A DNA stretch of 63,603 nt from Thermoplasmatota archaeon. GTDB lineage: Archaea; Thermoplasmatota; E2; JACPAO01; JAHFTW01. Numbering within the stretch: the stretch's first letter is position 1; each line of letters opens with the position of its first letter. A program made the translations under genes and the position numbers. The notes under the pieces are model-generated. The model made no database searches and had not been told where the DNA came from. It was given only the letters and a program-made list of their open reading frames with translations. Shown in pieces: positions 46,487 to 56,150 of the stretch. The stretch is taken from NCBI GenBank assembly GCA_041601615.1, contig JBFIHX010000014.1, forward strand, positions 1 through 63,603. The letters are read 5' to 3'.

Positions 46487-46525
46487 GCGGTCACCTAGGG
46501 TGTAGTCGGCGCGAGATGGAGGGGG

Positions 46526-46539
46526 TATATGAGGGTTTC
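46526..46539 (-). promoter_or_regulatory. BRE/TATA promoter of rps8e-srp19
   Basis: GAAACCCTCATATA on the minus strand; the same TCATATA core lies upstream of tRNA-Phe (53667-53677) and tRNA-Ala (60985-60996). Confidence 0.6.
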
Positions 46540-46758
46540 AGGGAAGGAGTCGCTGGGCGGCTCAGGGATTCTCAGGGATAGCAGCGGTCGTTGTCGAGGC
46601 CGGCGATTTCTTCGGAATTGGGGAAGAACAAAGGCCGCGTCAGCGAGAAAAAATGGGGTCGCTACTTGCGGCGACGAAGGAGGAAGGGGCAAAGGCGCGG
46701 GGGCCGAGTTCGGCACCAGAATTTTGGGGGTTCACGGCAATGAGCGCGCTCGGCGCAT

Positions 46759-47187
46759 TCAGTGCTTCATGCCCATGGGTTCTTGGTGGCGGACGTTGGT
46801 CTTCATGGCGTTGCCGACGGCGAGGATGTTGCCGTCGGGGTCCTTGAACCAGGCGGATTTCAGGTCGCCGAGGGTGGCGATTCCGTTCTTGGTCTTGATT
46901 TCGGGCAGATCGTATTCCTCGAATTGGACGCCCTTGCCTTGGAGCGACTTGACGGAAGATTCCACGTTGTCTACGGCGAAGCTGCATGCGGTTGCGGTGG
47001 AGCCGCTTGGTTGGTCGCGTTGGTAGAGGTAGATTTGGGTGCCGTTGCCTGCTTCGAAGGTGACGGATTCTTCCCCTTTGATCGTGGAGGGTACTTCTTG
47101 GAGGCCGAGGGTTTGGCCGTAGAATTTGCGGGCGCGTTCGAGGTTTGTGACGGCGAGCGTTGTGTGGGCAGGTGCGTGGGCGAGCAT
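46759..47187 (-). CDS. VOC/glyoxalase-family protein
   Basis: LAVTNLERARKFYGQTLGL, FAVDNVE, AWFKDPDGNIL. Confidence 0.9.
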   Translation of the reverse strand: MLAHAPAHTTLAVTNLERARKFYGQTLGLQEVPSTIKGEESVTFEAGNGTQIYLYQRDQPSGSTATACSFAVDNVESSVKSLQGKGVQFEEYDLPEIKTKNGIATLGDLKSAWFKDPDGNILAVGNAMKTNVRHQEPMGMKH

Positions 47188-47454
47188 GGATAGACTCCAG
47201 GTGTGCCACTGGGGTCGGCTTGATGGTTCGTTGGCAAAAGTTGGGCGAAGCGGGTCAAAGGGTCGCGCTGCATTTTCGGGCGCTTTGATCAGGCAGGAAA
47301 TGCCTCAGGAAACGGAAGCGGACGCCGTAGGCGCGGAGGCCGGCGAGTCAAGCTTCGCAACAAGTCATGGGATTGCGAAGGTGTGGAAATAAATGGGATG
47401 AAGAAGGGAGGGATGGAGGGAGGGAAGAAGGGGGAAATGTGTGCGGCGGCGTGT

Positions 47455-49401
47455 TTAGAGGCAGACAATGCCGGCCCCAAGGCAGGCGTTGACGTTCAAG
47501 TTGTACTGTCCGCTGCCACTGGACCGGTTGACGCGCACGCGCCAATCTCCGGCCGTTAAGGCCACCAGTTCTTCGACGGACTCCGTGGTGCTGCCTCCCG
47601 AGTTGCTGCAGGCCACCTGGGTGTTGGAGGGGTTGTAAAGGCACAGGTCGAAGTCGCTGCCCGACGGAGGCGTCATGGAGGCACTGATGGTGTCCCCTAG
47701 GGCGACGCTGAAGGAGTACCAGTCCGATGTGTCGGAGGAATCCAGCACGCCCTTGCAGCTCTTGGGCGTCGTAATGGAGCGAGCAGACGAGAAGCTGTTG
47801 CCAGCGTCACCGGTGATACCGCAGTCTGTGGCGACAAAACCGAGCGTGATTCTCAGAGAACCCGCTGCTCCGTTGTAGCCGCCTGCCTGAATGCGGTATG
47901 TGGTACTCTTTGTAGCCGCAAACGAGATCTGGCTCTGTGCGCCGCTGGTGTCATCATTGCAGGCCTTCTGGGTCAAGCTCGTGAGGCTGCTGCCGGTGTA
48001 GGCCGCCAGGACCGTGTCGTAGCCGGAACCGAACGTGTCCACCGTGACCGTCCCGTCGTATGGAGGCGTGTAGGTGAACCAGTTTGTGGCCAGCATGGAG
48101 CCACAGGGCAACGGCTCGGACCGCTCGATGCCGTTGGCCGTCGTGGTCTGGGTCTTGAAACCAGGGCTCGAGAAGGCGACGGAGTCGGCGAAATCGTCGT
48201 TGTAGATTGGGGTACAGGGATCGATGTTGTACATCAAGCAGTGAACGTCCAGGCGGCCATAGCCGTACAGGTTGTCGCGGCCGGAGGTTCCAAGGTCTAC
48301 GGACGTATCTTGGAGGCGGGTTCGCAGCGCCGTGTTGCTGAGGCTGGTTTCCTTGCTCCAGAGTAGGGCTGCGGCACCGGCGACGGCGGGGGTGGACATG
48401 CTCGTTCCGGATTTGTAGCAGTAGTCCGTGTTGGAACTGAAACAGGTGCTCCAGATTCCATCGCCGGGAGCACTGATTTCTGCCTCCGCGCCACGGCTGC
48501 TGCCGGCTGCAATCACGTCCGAGGAGGTCGTGGATGTGACTGCGATGACTTCACTGTATTTGGCGGGGTACCGGACGCTCTTGTCGACATCCTGTCCGGT
48601 GTTGCCTGCGCTTGCGAGCACCAGCTTATTTTTCGTTGTGTAGGCGTACTGCACAGCATCTTCTAGGGAGGCGGAGGCGGTGGATCGGCTGATGCTCATG
48701 GTGATGACGGTGCGGGCGATGGTGTTGTCGGCACACCACTCGATGCCATCAATCCAGTCGCTGTGGACGATGTTGCCGCCGGCGTCCCCCACGCGGGCGT
48801 GGTAAAACTTCACGTTTCCCATGCCTGCGATGCCTTTGCCGTTGTTGATGGTGGCGGCGGCGATACCGGTTACGTGGGTTCCGTGGCCTTCTGCATCGTT
48901 GGGGGTGCTGTCGTTATCGACAAAGTCGTACCCGCCGGCGTATCGGCTGCCGGTTAGGTCTTCGTGCGTGGTGCGGAAGCCTGTGTCGATGACGCAGACG
49001 GCGGCGTTGGTGCTTCCCTGCGATTTTTCCCAGCCACTAAAAGCGCGGGTAATGCGAGGCGCATATTGGGTGCCGGAGTACGTGTCGTCGGGGGTGTAGT
49101 CTAGAGCGTCTGTAAGCACTAGATCCTCCTCCACGTAGCGCACGTTTGGGTTCCGAGCAAGGCCCTCAGCGGCCTCGCGTGGGGCCTCAATGACGATGAA
49201 GCGGAGGGTGTCTCGTACTTTGAGGACCTTGTGGCCCTCGTAGGTTCCGCCCTCGGTGACGTTCTTGGACATCGTGTGCTGGCCGATGATAAAGTGAACC
49301 TTTTCCTTACCCGAGTTGTCGGCTGACTCGGCCGGAACGGTTTGGAGAGGCAGGATCAATGCGAGCAGGATTAGGCCTGCAGCATGTTTTTTTGAGAACA
49401 T
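47455..49401 (-). CDS. Secreted S8 subtilase (thermitase-like) with two C-terminal PPC-like domains
   Basis: Signal peptide and propeptide; VIDTG, HGTHVTG, ASAGN, SGTSMSTP; C-terminal YDTVLAAY and SDFDLCLY domains. Confidence 0.93.
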   Translation of the reverse strand: MFSKKHAAGLILLALILPLQTVPAESADNSGKEKVHFIIGQHTMSKNVTEGGTYEGHKVLKVRDTLRFIVIEAPREAAEGLARNPNVRYVEEDLVLTDALDYTPDDTYSGTQYAPRITRAFSGWEKSQGSTNAAVCVIDTGFRTTHEDLTGSRYAGGYDFVDNDSTPNDAEGHGTHVTGIAAATINNGKGIAGMGNVKFYHARVGDAGGNIVHSDWIDGIEWCADNTIARTVITMSISRSTASASLEDAVQYAYTTKNKLVLASAGNTGQDVDKSVRYPAKYSEVIAVTSTTSSDVIAAGSSRGAEAEISAPGDGIWSTCFSSNTDYCYKSGTSMSTPAVAGAAALLWSKETSLSNTALRTRLQDTSVDLGTSGRDNLYGYGRLDVHCLMYNIDPCTPIYNDDFADSVAFSSPGFKTQTTTANGIERSEPLPCGSMLATNWFTYTPPYDGTVTVDTFGSGYDTVLAAYTGSSLTSLTQKACNDDTSGAQSQISFAATKSTTYRIQAGGYNGAAGSLRITLGFVATDCGITGDAGNSFSSARSITTPKSCKGVLDSSDTSDWYSFSVALGDTISASMTPPSGSDFDLCLYNPSNTQVACSNSGGSTTESVEELVALTAGDWRVRVNRSSGSGQYNLNVNACLGAGIVCL

Positions 49402-49511
49402 GGGAATTCCGTGTTATACCGTACGCCAATATGCCTATTTAAATTATTATAAAACTGAAAAGTTCAGAGATAAGTTTATATTTGTGGTTGCCGTCTAAAG
49501 AGTCGTTGCAA

Positions 49512-49943
49512 GTGCGAATCGTCATCATATGCCTAGCCTTCATCATTCCTGGCTGCGTCGCGCCAGAGGGAGGCGGCCCCTGGCGCGACCTCGGTTGCAA
49601 AGGGCTCCCAATGGAGGAAGGCATCCGGCACGCAGCAAACTCGGCAGAACTGGACAGTCTGTGGTCCGAAGCCTGTGCGGGCAATACTCCTGAGGCCTCC
49701 TTCGACGAGGAACAGGTGGTCGCGTACTTCTGGGGCCCAAGGAACTCAGGCGGGTACGAACTCGTTGCTCAGAAGTGGACGGAGGGTTCACCACATCGCC
49801 TCACCGTGCTCCGCATCACACCCGGCCCCGACTGCGGGACCATCAGTGCCATCACGTACCCTGCCCTCGTCGTGGCAGTCTCCGTGGACGGTCCCATTGA
49901 GGTGGTCACTACAGACCGCGTCCGGGATTGTCCCGCGGATTAA
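49512..49943 (+). CDS. PrcB C-terminal-domain lipoprotein
   Basis: IPGC lipobox; FDEEQVVAYFWGPRNSGGY and AITYPALVVAV match the PrcB_C pattern; TTTATA upstream; start estimated. Confidence 0.75.
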   Translation: MRIVIICLAFIIPGCVAPEGGGPWRDLGCKGLPMEEGIRHAANSAELDSLWSEACAGNTPEASFDEEQVVAYFWGPRNSGGYELVAQKWTEGSPHRLTVLRITPGPDCGTISAITYPALVVAVSVDGPIEVVTTDRVRDCPAD

Positions 49944-49961
49944 GGCGCCGTTACGGCCTGT

Positions 49962-51173
49962 TCAGGCGGGAATTGCAACAGGGCTCGGTAGCCGGACGCC
50001 GAAGGCGCGGAGGCTGGCTTGGCCAGTGTGTTCTTGGAATCCACTGAGGCGCACGCCCACGAGGCGCACAGCGCGTCCGTCGAGCAGGGGCGCGAGCAGG
50101 GCGGAGCAGGTGGCCCAGGCGAGTGTTTTTGCTTCTGCGGGTCCGGGCTGGAGGGGGATGCTGAGCGTATGGGCACGGGTGAGGGTGGTGAAGTCGCTAT
50201 AGCGTACTTTGACGGTGAGTGTAGCAAAGGCTCGGTTGTCGCTGGTGGTGAGGAGGCCACAAAGCAGTTTGTGGGCGCTTTCGAGGACGGCGGCTCGGCG
50301 GGTCTCGTCGCGGGCATAGGTGCGTTCGTTGCCGCGGGACTTGGCGGGCCCTCGGTCGGGTTCGACGGGGCGGTGGTCGTTTCCTTGGGCGACTGCGTGT
50401 AGCCAGAGTCCGTGTTTTCCGAATCGGGACTCCATGAAGGCTGGGTCTGCGCGGGCAAGCTCGCCTACGGTGGGGATGTCAAATTCTTCGAGGGCGCGGG
50501 CGGTTTTGGGGCCGCAGCCGTTGATGAGGCGCACGGGGAGGGGATCAAGGAAAGCGGCGATTTCTTGGGGCCACACGACGGTGATGCCGTGGGGTTTGCG
50601 GTGGTCGCTGGCGATTTTGGCAACGGATTTGCTGGGGGCAACACCGATGCTGCATGCGAGTCCTGTGCGGCGCTTCACGGCGGCTTGGAGGCTGTGGGCG
50701 AGCGCCCGGGCGCGGTTCCAGTCGCCGTTGCATTGCGTGGTCACATCGAGGTAGGCTTCGTCGAGGCCGACCACTTGGAGCGCCGTGGTGGCTCCGCCGG
50801 GTTCTCGTTCGCCCCCTAGTTCGTCGGCGTACCTGGAGAGGACCTCCATGACGTCGTGGCTTGCGGGTTTGTAGAGTCGAAAGTCTGGGGGCAGGAAGGT
50901 TGCGTGGGGGCAGGCTTCCCAGGCTTTGCTGATGGGCATGGCGCTGTGGATGCCGTAGCGGCGGGCAGCGTAGTTGGCGGTGGATACCACGCCGCGCCCG
51001 TGGCCCCCTTTTGGGTCGGCGCCGATGACGAGGGGCTTGTGGGCAAGGCCTGGATTTTCGAGGGCGTGGACGCTGGCATAGAAGGCGTCCATGTCGACGT
51101 GGAACAGGATGCGGTCGAGGGCACGGCTGCTTGTGCGTCTGTCCCCTTGGGAGGGTGCAGGTGCCGAGGCCAC
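49962..51173 (-). CDS. dinB: Y-family DNA polymerase IV
   Basis: HVDMDAFYASV, ANYAARRYG, LDEAYLD, AKIASD..KPHG, VRLVGV. Confidence 0.94.
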   Translation of the reverse strand: MASAPAPSQGDRRTSSRALDRILFHVDMDAFYASVHALENPGLAHKPLVIGADPKGGHGRGVVSTANYAARRYGIHSAMPISKAWEACPHATFLPPDFRLYKPASHDVMEVLSRYADELGGEREPGGATTALQVVGLDEAYLDVTTQCNGDWNRARALAHSLQAAVKRRTGLACSIGVAPSKSVAKIASDHRKPHGITVVWPQEIAAFLDPLPVRLINGCGPKTARALEEFDIPTVGELARADPAFMESRFGKHGLWLHAVAQGNDHRPVEPDRGPAKSRGNERTYARDETRRAAVLESAHKLLCGLLTTSDNRAFATLTVKVRYSDFTTLTRAHTLSIPLQPGPAEAKTLAWATCSALLAPLLDGRAVRLVGVRLSGFQEHTGQASLRAFGVRLPSPVAIPA

Positions 51174-51321
51174 GGTGACGGATGCGGCGGCGGCTCACAA
51201 AGGCACTTTCGGAGGGTGGGTGAAAGCACTCGTCGGGTCGGCCATCGGGAACCACGGCGACCAAGAATGCCGTAGCGAGTGGTGGGCAAGGGTTCTAGCC
51301 CCCGCCCGGCTGGGCATCGCC

Positions 51322-52215
51322 GTGGGGGAACGGATCCACGAGGTCGAGCGCCGAGCGGGCAAGAAGGTCGATGAATTGGCCAAGAGCTTGCTGCGCCTGC
51401 GACCCGTTCGCGGACCGGCAAGGCGCCTAGCCAACAGTCGTGCAGCGTGGGCGTTCGTCAGCCGCCTGGATCGTGTTCGCGCCAATCGATTGCGTGACCG
51501 CGTCCAAAAGAGCCCGGTGCCGCATCACGTGGGCATCATCATGGACGGCAACCGGCGCTTTGCTCGAATTTTGGGCTTGGATGTGCTGTCGTTGGGGCAT
51601 GTGGCGGGCCAGGAACGCCTCGAAACGGTGCTGGACTGGTGCTTGGATCTCAACATTAAGGTGCTGACCGTGTATGCGTTTAGCACGGAGAATTTCCAGC
51701 GCGGCGAGGAAGAACGCGAATTGCTGATGGAGTTGTTTGAGCACAATTTTCGCAAGATGGCGGACGACCAGCGAGTGCACAAAAATCGCATTCGGGTGCG
51801 CGTTATCGGCCACTTGGAATTGCTGCCGGACGCCGTGCGTAGTGCCGCCGCCCACGTCATGGAGCGCACCAAAGAGTACGACGGCTACTCCTTCAACGTG
51901 GCCGTGGCGTACGGAGGCCGCCAGGAAATCGTGCAGGCGGTGCAGCGCATTGCATCGGAGGTGCGCGACGGCAGCCTCGACGCGGAAGCGATCACCGACC
52001 GCACCATCGCCGAGCGACTCTACACAGGCGACCTGCCGGATCCTGATTTCCTGATTCGCACCAGTGGCGAGGAGCGCTTGAGCAATTTTCTGCTGTGGCA
52101 AACCGCCTACTCGGAACTGTACTTCGCGGACGTGAACTGGCCGGAACTGGACCGGTATCGGTTCCTGCGCGCCATCGAATCGTTCCAGAAGCGGCAGCGA
52201 AGGTACGGCCGGTAA
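51322..52215 (+). CDS. uppS: cis-prenyltransferase (polyprenyl diphosphate synthase)
   Basis: IIMDGNRR, YAFSTENF, YGGRQE, IRTSGEERLSNFLLWQ; start estimated. Confidence 0.93.
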   Translation: MGERIHEVERRAGKKVDELAKSLLRLRPVRGPARRLANSRAAWAFVSRLDRVRANRLRDRVQKSPVPHHVGIIMDGNRRFARILGLDVLSLGHVAGQERLETVLDWCLDLNIKVLTVYAFSTENFQRGEEERELLMELFEHNFRKMADDQRVHKNRIRVRVIGHLELLPDAVRSAAAHVMERTKEYDGYSFNVAVAYGGRQEIVQAVQRIASEVRDGSLDAEAITDRTIAERLYTGDLPDPDFLIRTSGEERLSNFLLWQTAYSELYFADVNWPELDRYRFLRAIESFQKRQRRYGR

Positions 52216-52262
52216 TCGATTGCGCCGCAACACCTAAATCTGTTCGAACGAGCCTTCCGGGT

Positions 52263-53357
52263 ATGCGAACTGTCGTGGTGCTGACCTTCCTCGTGGCCCT
52301 TGCGGCTCCGAGCTCCGGATTTATGCTCGTGGGCGAGGACGCCACTGGTGACGGCAGCCACTATGTCCTCGACGTGGCTGATGTGGGCGACACCATCAGT
52401 CCAACACGCACGGACATCACAGGATTGGATGTTCTTGAAGGCGAGGACACTGTATCCTTCCGACTGCGAACGGCCGCCCTGACGGCAGGAACAGGCGGAT
52501 ACATGTTCCATGTCTCGTTCCAGCGCGGCGAAAACCTCTATTGGACCTGCTGGGCAGTCCAATGGATTGGGGGCCAAATCTCCGAAGAGAACCTCAAAGG
52601 TTGCAGCCGCTTCACAGAGGGCACGCAGGTTGGACCCGAGGTCACTGGACCGACGAATCTCGACGCCACGGGCGTGTTTGCCGAGAGCGCCGCCGGCATC
52701 GAAGTGGGCGAAGTCGACGGCCAGGCCTACATCATGTGGCCGGTTCCCATGTCCGAGATTGGTGGAGGCCTCGCGGGGCTCAGCGACTTTTCTGCGGATA
52801 CCTGGTTCCGAGGCGGCACGCTAGACTACGCCGGCAGCACCACCGACAGCCAATACCACTGGGCCGCCTCCGACGTGGGCCCCGACGAAGGCGTCTGGAT
52901 GCTGCCCGACCTGGCACCGCCCGTTGTGCCGAGCCTGAACCTCAGCGCCCCGGACGACCTGCGCGTCATGGCCGGCAGCGCGACTCAGATTCCCATCGAA
53001 GTGCGCTCCAGCAGCAGCAACGTCACGTTCACGCTCGAAGCCCCCGAATCTTGGAATGCCACCGTCGAGTGGGTGGATGCAGTCGTAAACGGCACTGGCA
53101 GCGCCGTCGTTCGGCTCACGGCTCCGACGGCAGGCAACCGCACCTACTCGTTGACACTCTCGGCCACCGCTGGCGACCTGGAAGCAACCCTCCCGATCTC
53201 GATGTTCGTCGAAGCGCTGGACACCACCCCCGTAGTCGATGACAACAGCACGGGCCTGCCCGACGTGACCGCCGATGCCAAGGACACCCCTGGGCCGGCG
53301 ACGGCGCTGATGTTGCTCGCTCTCGGAGTCGCGGCGTTCGTGGCCAGGCGCAAATAG
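52263..53357 (+). CDS. Surface protein with PGF-CTERM-like tail
   Basis: Signal peptide; beta-rich acidic body; KDTPGP + TM + RRK. Confidence 0.75.
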   Translation: MRTVVVLTFLVALAAPSSGFMLVGEDATGDGSHYVLDVADVGDTISPTRTDITGLDVLEGEDTVSFRLRTAALTAGTGGYMFHVSFQRGENLYWTCWAVQWIGGQISEENLKGCSRFTEGTQVGPEVTGPTNLDATGVFAESAAGIEVGEVDGQAYIMWPVPMSEIGGGLAGLSDFSADTWFRGGTLDYAGSTTDSQYHWAASDVGPDEGVWMLPDLAPPVVPSLNLSAPDDLRVMAGSATQIPIEVRSSSSNVTFTLEAPESWNATVEWVDAVVNGTGSAVVRLTAPTAGNRTYSLTLSATAGDLEATLPISMFVEALDTTPVVDDNSTGLPDVTADAKDTPGPATALMLLALGVAAFVARRK

Positions 53358-53564
53358 CTCCAAGCAAACACCGGCCGCCCCGGCATGCGCCCCCCTCGTT
53401 GGCGCTGCTTTGCGGTCCGCCCGACTCGATTCTTGGAGTCAACAGGCCGCGCCCGCGCATGGCTTTCAAGGATGGTTTGCCGGGCCACTGGCCCCGACCA
53501 AGCTACTTGGAACCCGAGTACTACAGGCTAAGGAGTCCTTGCCAATTCCCGGCTTTGATCTAAA

Positions 53565-53637
53565 TGGGGTCGGCCGGGCTCGAACCGGCGACATCCGCAT
53601 CTTCAGTGCGGCACTCTCCCGACTGAGTTACGACCCC
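53565..53637 (-). tRNA. tRNA-Phe(GAA)
   Basis: Acceptor GGGGTCG/CGACCCC-A, anticodon arm CCGCA-CTGAAGA-TGCGG. Confidence 0.96.
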
Positions 53638-53746
53638 ATGTCGTAGGGCCGCCGACCCTGGCACGGTATATGAAAGGCTCCCTTCTGTCCGGCCTCGGCC
53701 GGCGCTTGCCACAACGGCTATCGTCGCGCCGTGACTGCCAAGTTTC

Positions 53747-54571
53747 GTGGAAGAAAAGACCGTCCGTCGAACCGTCCTTCGGGACTACTTCGGCGAGCAC
53801 GGTTTGGCCCGATCCACGGTGTTGGCCGACTACAAGGGTCGCCCCGAGAGCCAAAGTCTCGCATACCGCGTCGGCAACAAGCTGGTGCGCTCCAACAACG
53901 ACATCATTGCCAGCATCACGGGACTTCCAGGGCAATTTCGAGACAACTGGGCATTGCTTCGTGATCCTGAGCAGCGACGCTTGCTTGCACGGGCCCTTGC
54001 TGATGATTCGTTGCTGACAGCGAGGCGCCGCAAGGCGATTTTCAGCATTCTCTTGTGGAGCTCCTTGCTTGTTTGGGTGACGGTGGGGGTCGTGGTTGCG
54101 GTGGTGAACCGCGAAGCGCTGGCCACCTACCAGAGTGTCTACTCCCTGTTCTTCTACAGTCTTGCCACGAGTCTGTTTTTGCCCACGCCCTTCGAGATTC
54201 TGCTATCCAATGCCGTGGTGAAACTGGGCGTGTTTTGGACCGTGCTTGTCGCCTCCATTGCAAAAGTGGTCGGCTCCTGGCTCGTCTTGTTGATGGGCGA
54301 CAAGGCAAACGAAGGTTTGCAACAAGTTCTAGCGCGCCACCCGACCCTGTCCCGGGCGTTTGGGAAACTGGAGGCATTTGCGCAGCGCTTCGGGTACTTT
54401 GCAGTCTTCGTGCTGTTTGCCATTCCCTTCATGAGCGACACGGCGCCGCTCTTTGTGCTGGCCGTTTTGAAGATGCGCAAGTCGGTGTTCCTGCTCGTGA
54501 CGTTTGTGGCCATCGTGACCCGCAGCCTGTTGTTCATCTACGCACACGACCTCTTTGCGGGACTATTCTAG
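53747..54571 (+). CDS. DedA/VTT-like membrane protein
   Basis: FLPTPFE, AKVVGS, RFGYFAVFVLFAIPFMSD; soluble N-terminal extension. Confidence 0.65.
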   Translation: MEEKTVRRTVLRDYFGEHGLARSTVLADYKGRPESQSLAYRVGNKLVRSNNDIIASITGLPGQFRDNWALLRDPEQRRLLARALADDSLLTARRRKAIFSILLWSSLLVWVTVGVVVAVVNREALATYQSVYSLFFYSLATSLFLPTPFEILLSNAVVKLGVFWTVLVASIAKVVGSWLVLLMGDKANEGLQQVLARHPTLSRAFGKLEAFAQRFGYFAVFVLFAIPFMSDTAPLFVLAVLKMRKSVFLLVTFVAIVTRSLLFIYAHDLFAGLF

Positions 54572-54660
54572 ACAGGACGGCCCAACGGAATCCTGCAAAC
54601 AACGTGGGTCGAATCTGAAATCAACGAGGCTCATCGGCCGCGTGCCGCCGCCAAATTGGC

Positions 54661-54984
54661 TCAGGCTTCCAATTCTTCCACCAGCATGCCGCCTTTGGCA
54701 AGCAAGCGGAACGTAATGCTGGGGATGTCGGCGCCGTCCTGGCGGGCCTGTTTCAAGTTGCTTGCCATGCTCGTGACGCCGCTTCGTAGGGCGTCCGGGC
54801 GGACCGCCAAATCATCGGCCACCAGTAGAAAGAGCCGGGACGTTTCTAGGTCGGGCGCGAGTTGCGCTTTGTCCGGGAACGTGGCGCGGGTTAGGTGCCG
54901 GATGCGAGCGTGGGGCAGTCGCTGACCCTCGTCGCCGAGGCAGAGCTCGACTCGTTCGATGGGTGCCTCCCATCCTACGCTCAT
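54661..54984 (-). CDS. Hypothetical protein
   Basis: Fills the gap; TATATA about 25 nt upstream of ATG 54984. Confidence 0.5.
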   Translation of the reverse strand: MSVGWEAPIERVELCLGDEGQRLPHARIRHLTRATFPDKAQLAPDLETSRLFLLVADDLAVRPDALRSGVTSMASNLKQARQDGADIPSITFRLLAKGGMLVEELEA

Positions 54985-55131
54985 CGGTTGAATAATTGCA
55001 ACGTCCTCTATATACTCTGGGGCGCGGGTCAATTCTATCTATTCTAGGCTCAGCACGGCGGCCGCGCCGGCTCTTGGTGGCTCGGCGTTTTGTTGCAAAG
55101 TGCCTTGAAACCTGGCCCCGTGCGTCGTCAT

Positions 55132-55563
55132 ATGGCAATCTTGGGCGTGGACCAGGTGGCAATCGCCGTGGCAAACGTGGAGGACGCTTCGCGCATCTAC
55201 GAATCGATTCTGGGCCTGAAAGCCGAGCACGACGAGACGGTGGCGGACCAGGGCGTCAAGACGCGGTTTTTCCCAGTGGCCGACACCATGACCGTCGTGG
55301 AGGCATTGGAGCCGACGGGACCAGAAACACCCGTAGGAAAGTTTCTGGCAAAGCGCGGCCCCGGCGTGCACCACATTGCGTTTCGCGTGGACGATTTGGA
55401 CGCAGAATTGGCGCGACTCAAGGGCCTCGGCGTTCGACTCATTGACGAGGAGCCCCGCATCGGCGCAGAAGGAAAGCGCATCGCGTTCTTGCACCCGAAG
55501 GAGACGGGCGGGGTGCTGATTGAGTTGTGCGAAGCCGTTGCCCACCCTGAACCCGAGGCTTAA
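55132..55563 (+). CDS. mce: Methylmalonyl-CoA epimerase (VOC family)
   Basis: DQGVK, KFLAKRGPGVHHIAF, AFLHPKETGGVLIEL. Confidence 0.88.
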   Translation: MAILGVDQVAIAVANVEDASRIYESILGLKAEHDETVADQGVKTRFFPVADTMTVVEALEPTGPETPVGKFLAKRGPGVHHIAFRVDDLDAELARLKGLGVRLIDEEPRIGAEGKRIAFLHPKETGGVLIELCEAVAHPEPEA

Positions 55564-55577
55564 GTCTGGAAGCGACC

Positions 55578-56120
55578 GTGATTGGATTCGTGAAGCCGCG
55601 TTGCTATCCGGTACTTGTCCTTCTTTTGCTGGGATTGCCCCTAGTCCCCGGCGCAGGTGCTGCCGAGTCGTTTGACAGTGGCAACTTGGAGCCGGGCATC
55701 TCGTGGTCGTTTACCTTCACTGAAGAAAATCAGGATGGCTACGCCTACCATTGCCACCCACACCCGTGGATGCAGGCCATGGTGCACGTTATGCCGGATA
55801 CGGATGGCGAGACCACGGCCGTGCGCGTGAACATCATTGAGGACGGCGACGAAGCAGACTGGGGCTATTCCGTCGAGCACCTGGTCATCGAAGTGGGCGA
55901 CCGCGTGATTTGGGCCAACATGGGCGATTCGGTGCACACGGTGACCAGCATGGCAACCACGGGAGACGAGCATGAGCACGACAGCCACGAGCACGATTCG
56001 GACGATTCGAGCAGCGACGCAGGCAGCGACGCAGGCAATGACGCCCCTGGATTCACGGCGCCGATGCTGATTCTGCTGCTGGGTGCGGTTGCACTCGTCG
56101 CGGCCGCTCGCCGCCGCTGA
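55578..56120 (+). CDS. Circularly permuted cupredoxin with His-rich linker and PGF-CTERM tail
   Basis: YHCHPHPWM precedes VGDRVIWANMGDSVHTVT; DEHEHDSHEHD; APGF + TM + RRR; start 55578 or 55590. Confidence 0.8.
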   Translation: MIGFVKPRCYPVLVLLLLGLPLVPGAGAAESFDSGNLEPGISWSFTFTEENQDGYAYHCHPHPWMQAMVHVMPDTDGETTAVRVNIIEDGDEADWGYSVEHLVIEVGDRVIWANMGDSVHTVTSMATTGDEHEHDSHEHDSDDSSSDAGSDAGNDAPGFTAPMLILLLGAVALVAAARRR

Positions 56121-56150
56121 AACCATATCGAGGCCGGAACTGCCCGACCC

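Noticed and set aside
53372-53420. Further copy of the GGCAT internal-loop motif
   Set aside because: GGCA pairs within a simple hairpin here, and loop sizes do not match elements A and B.
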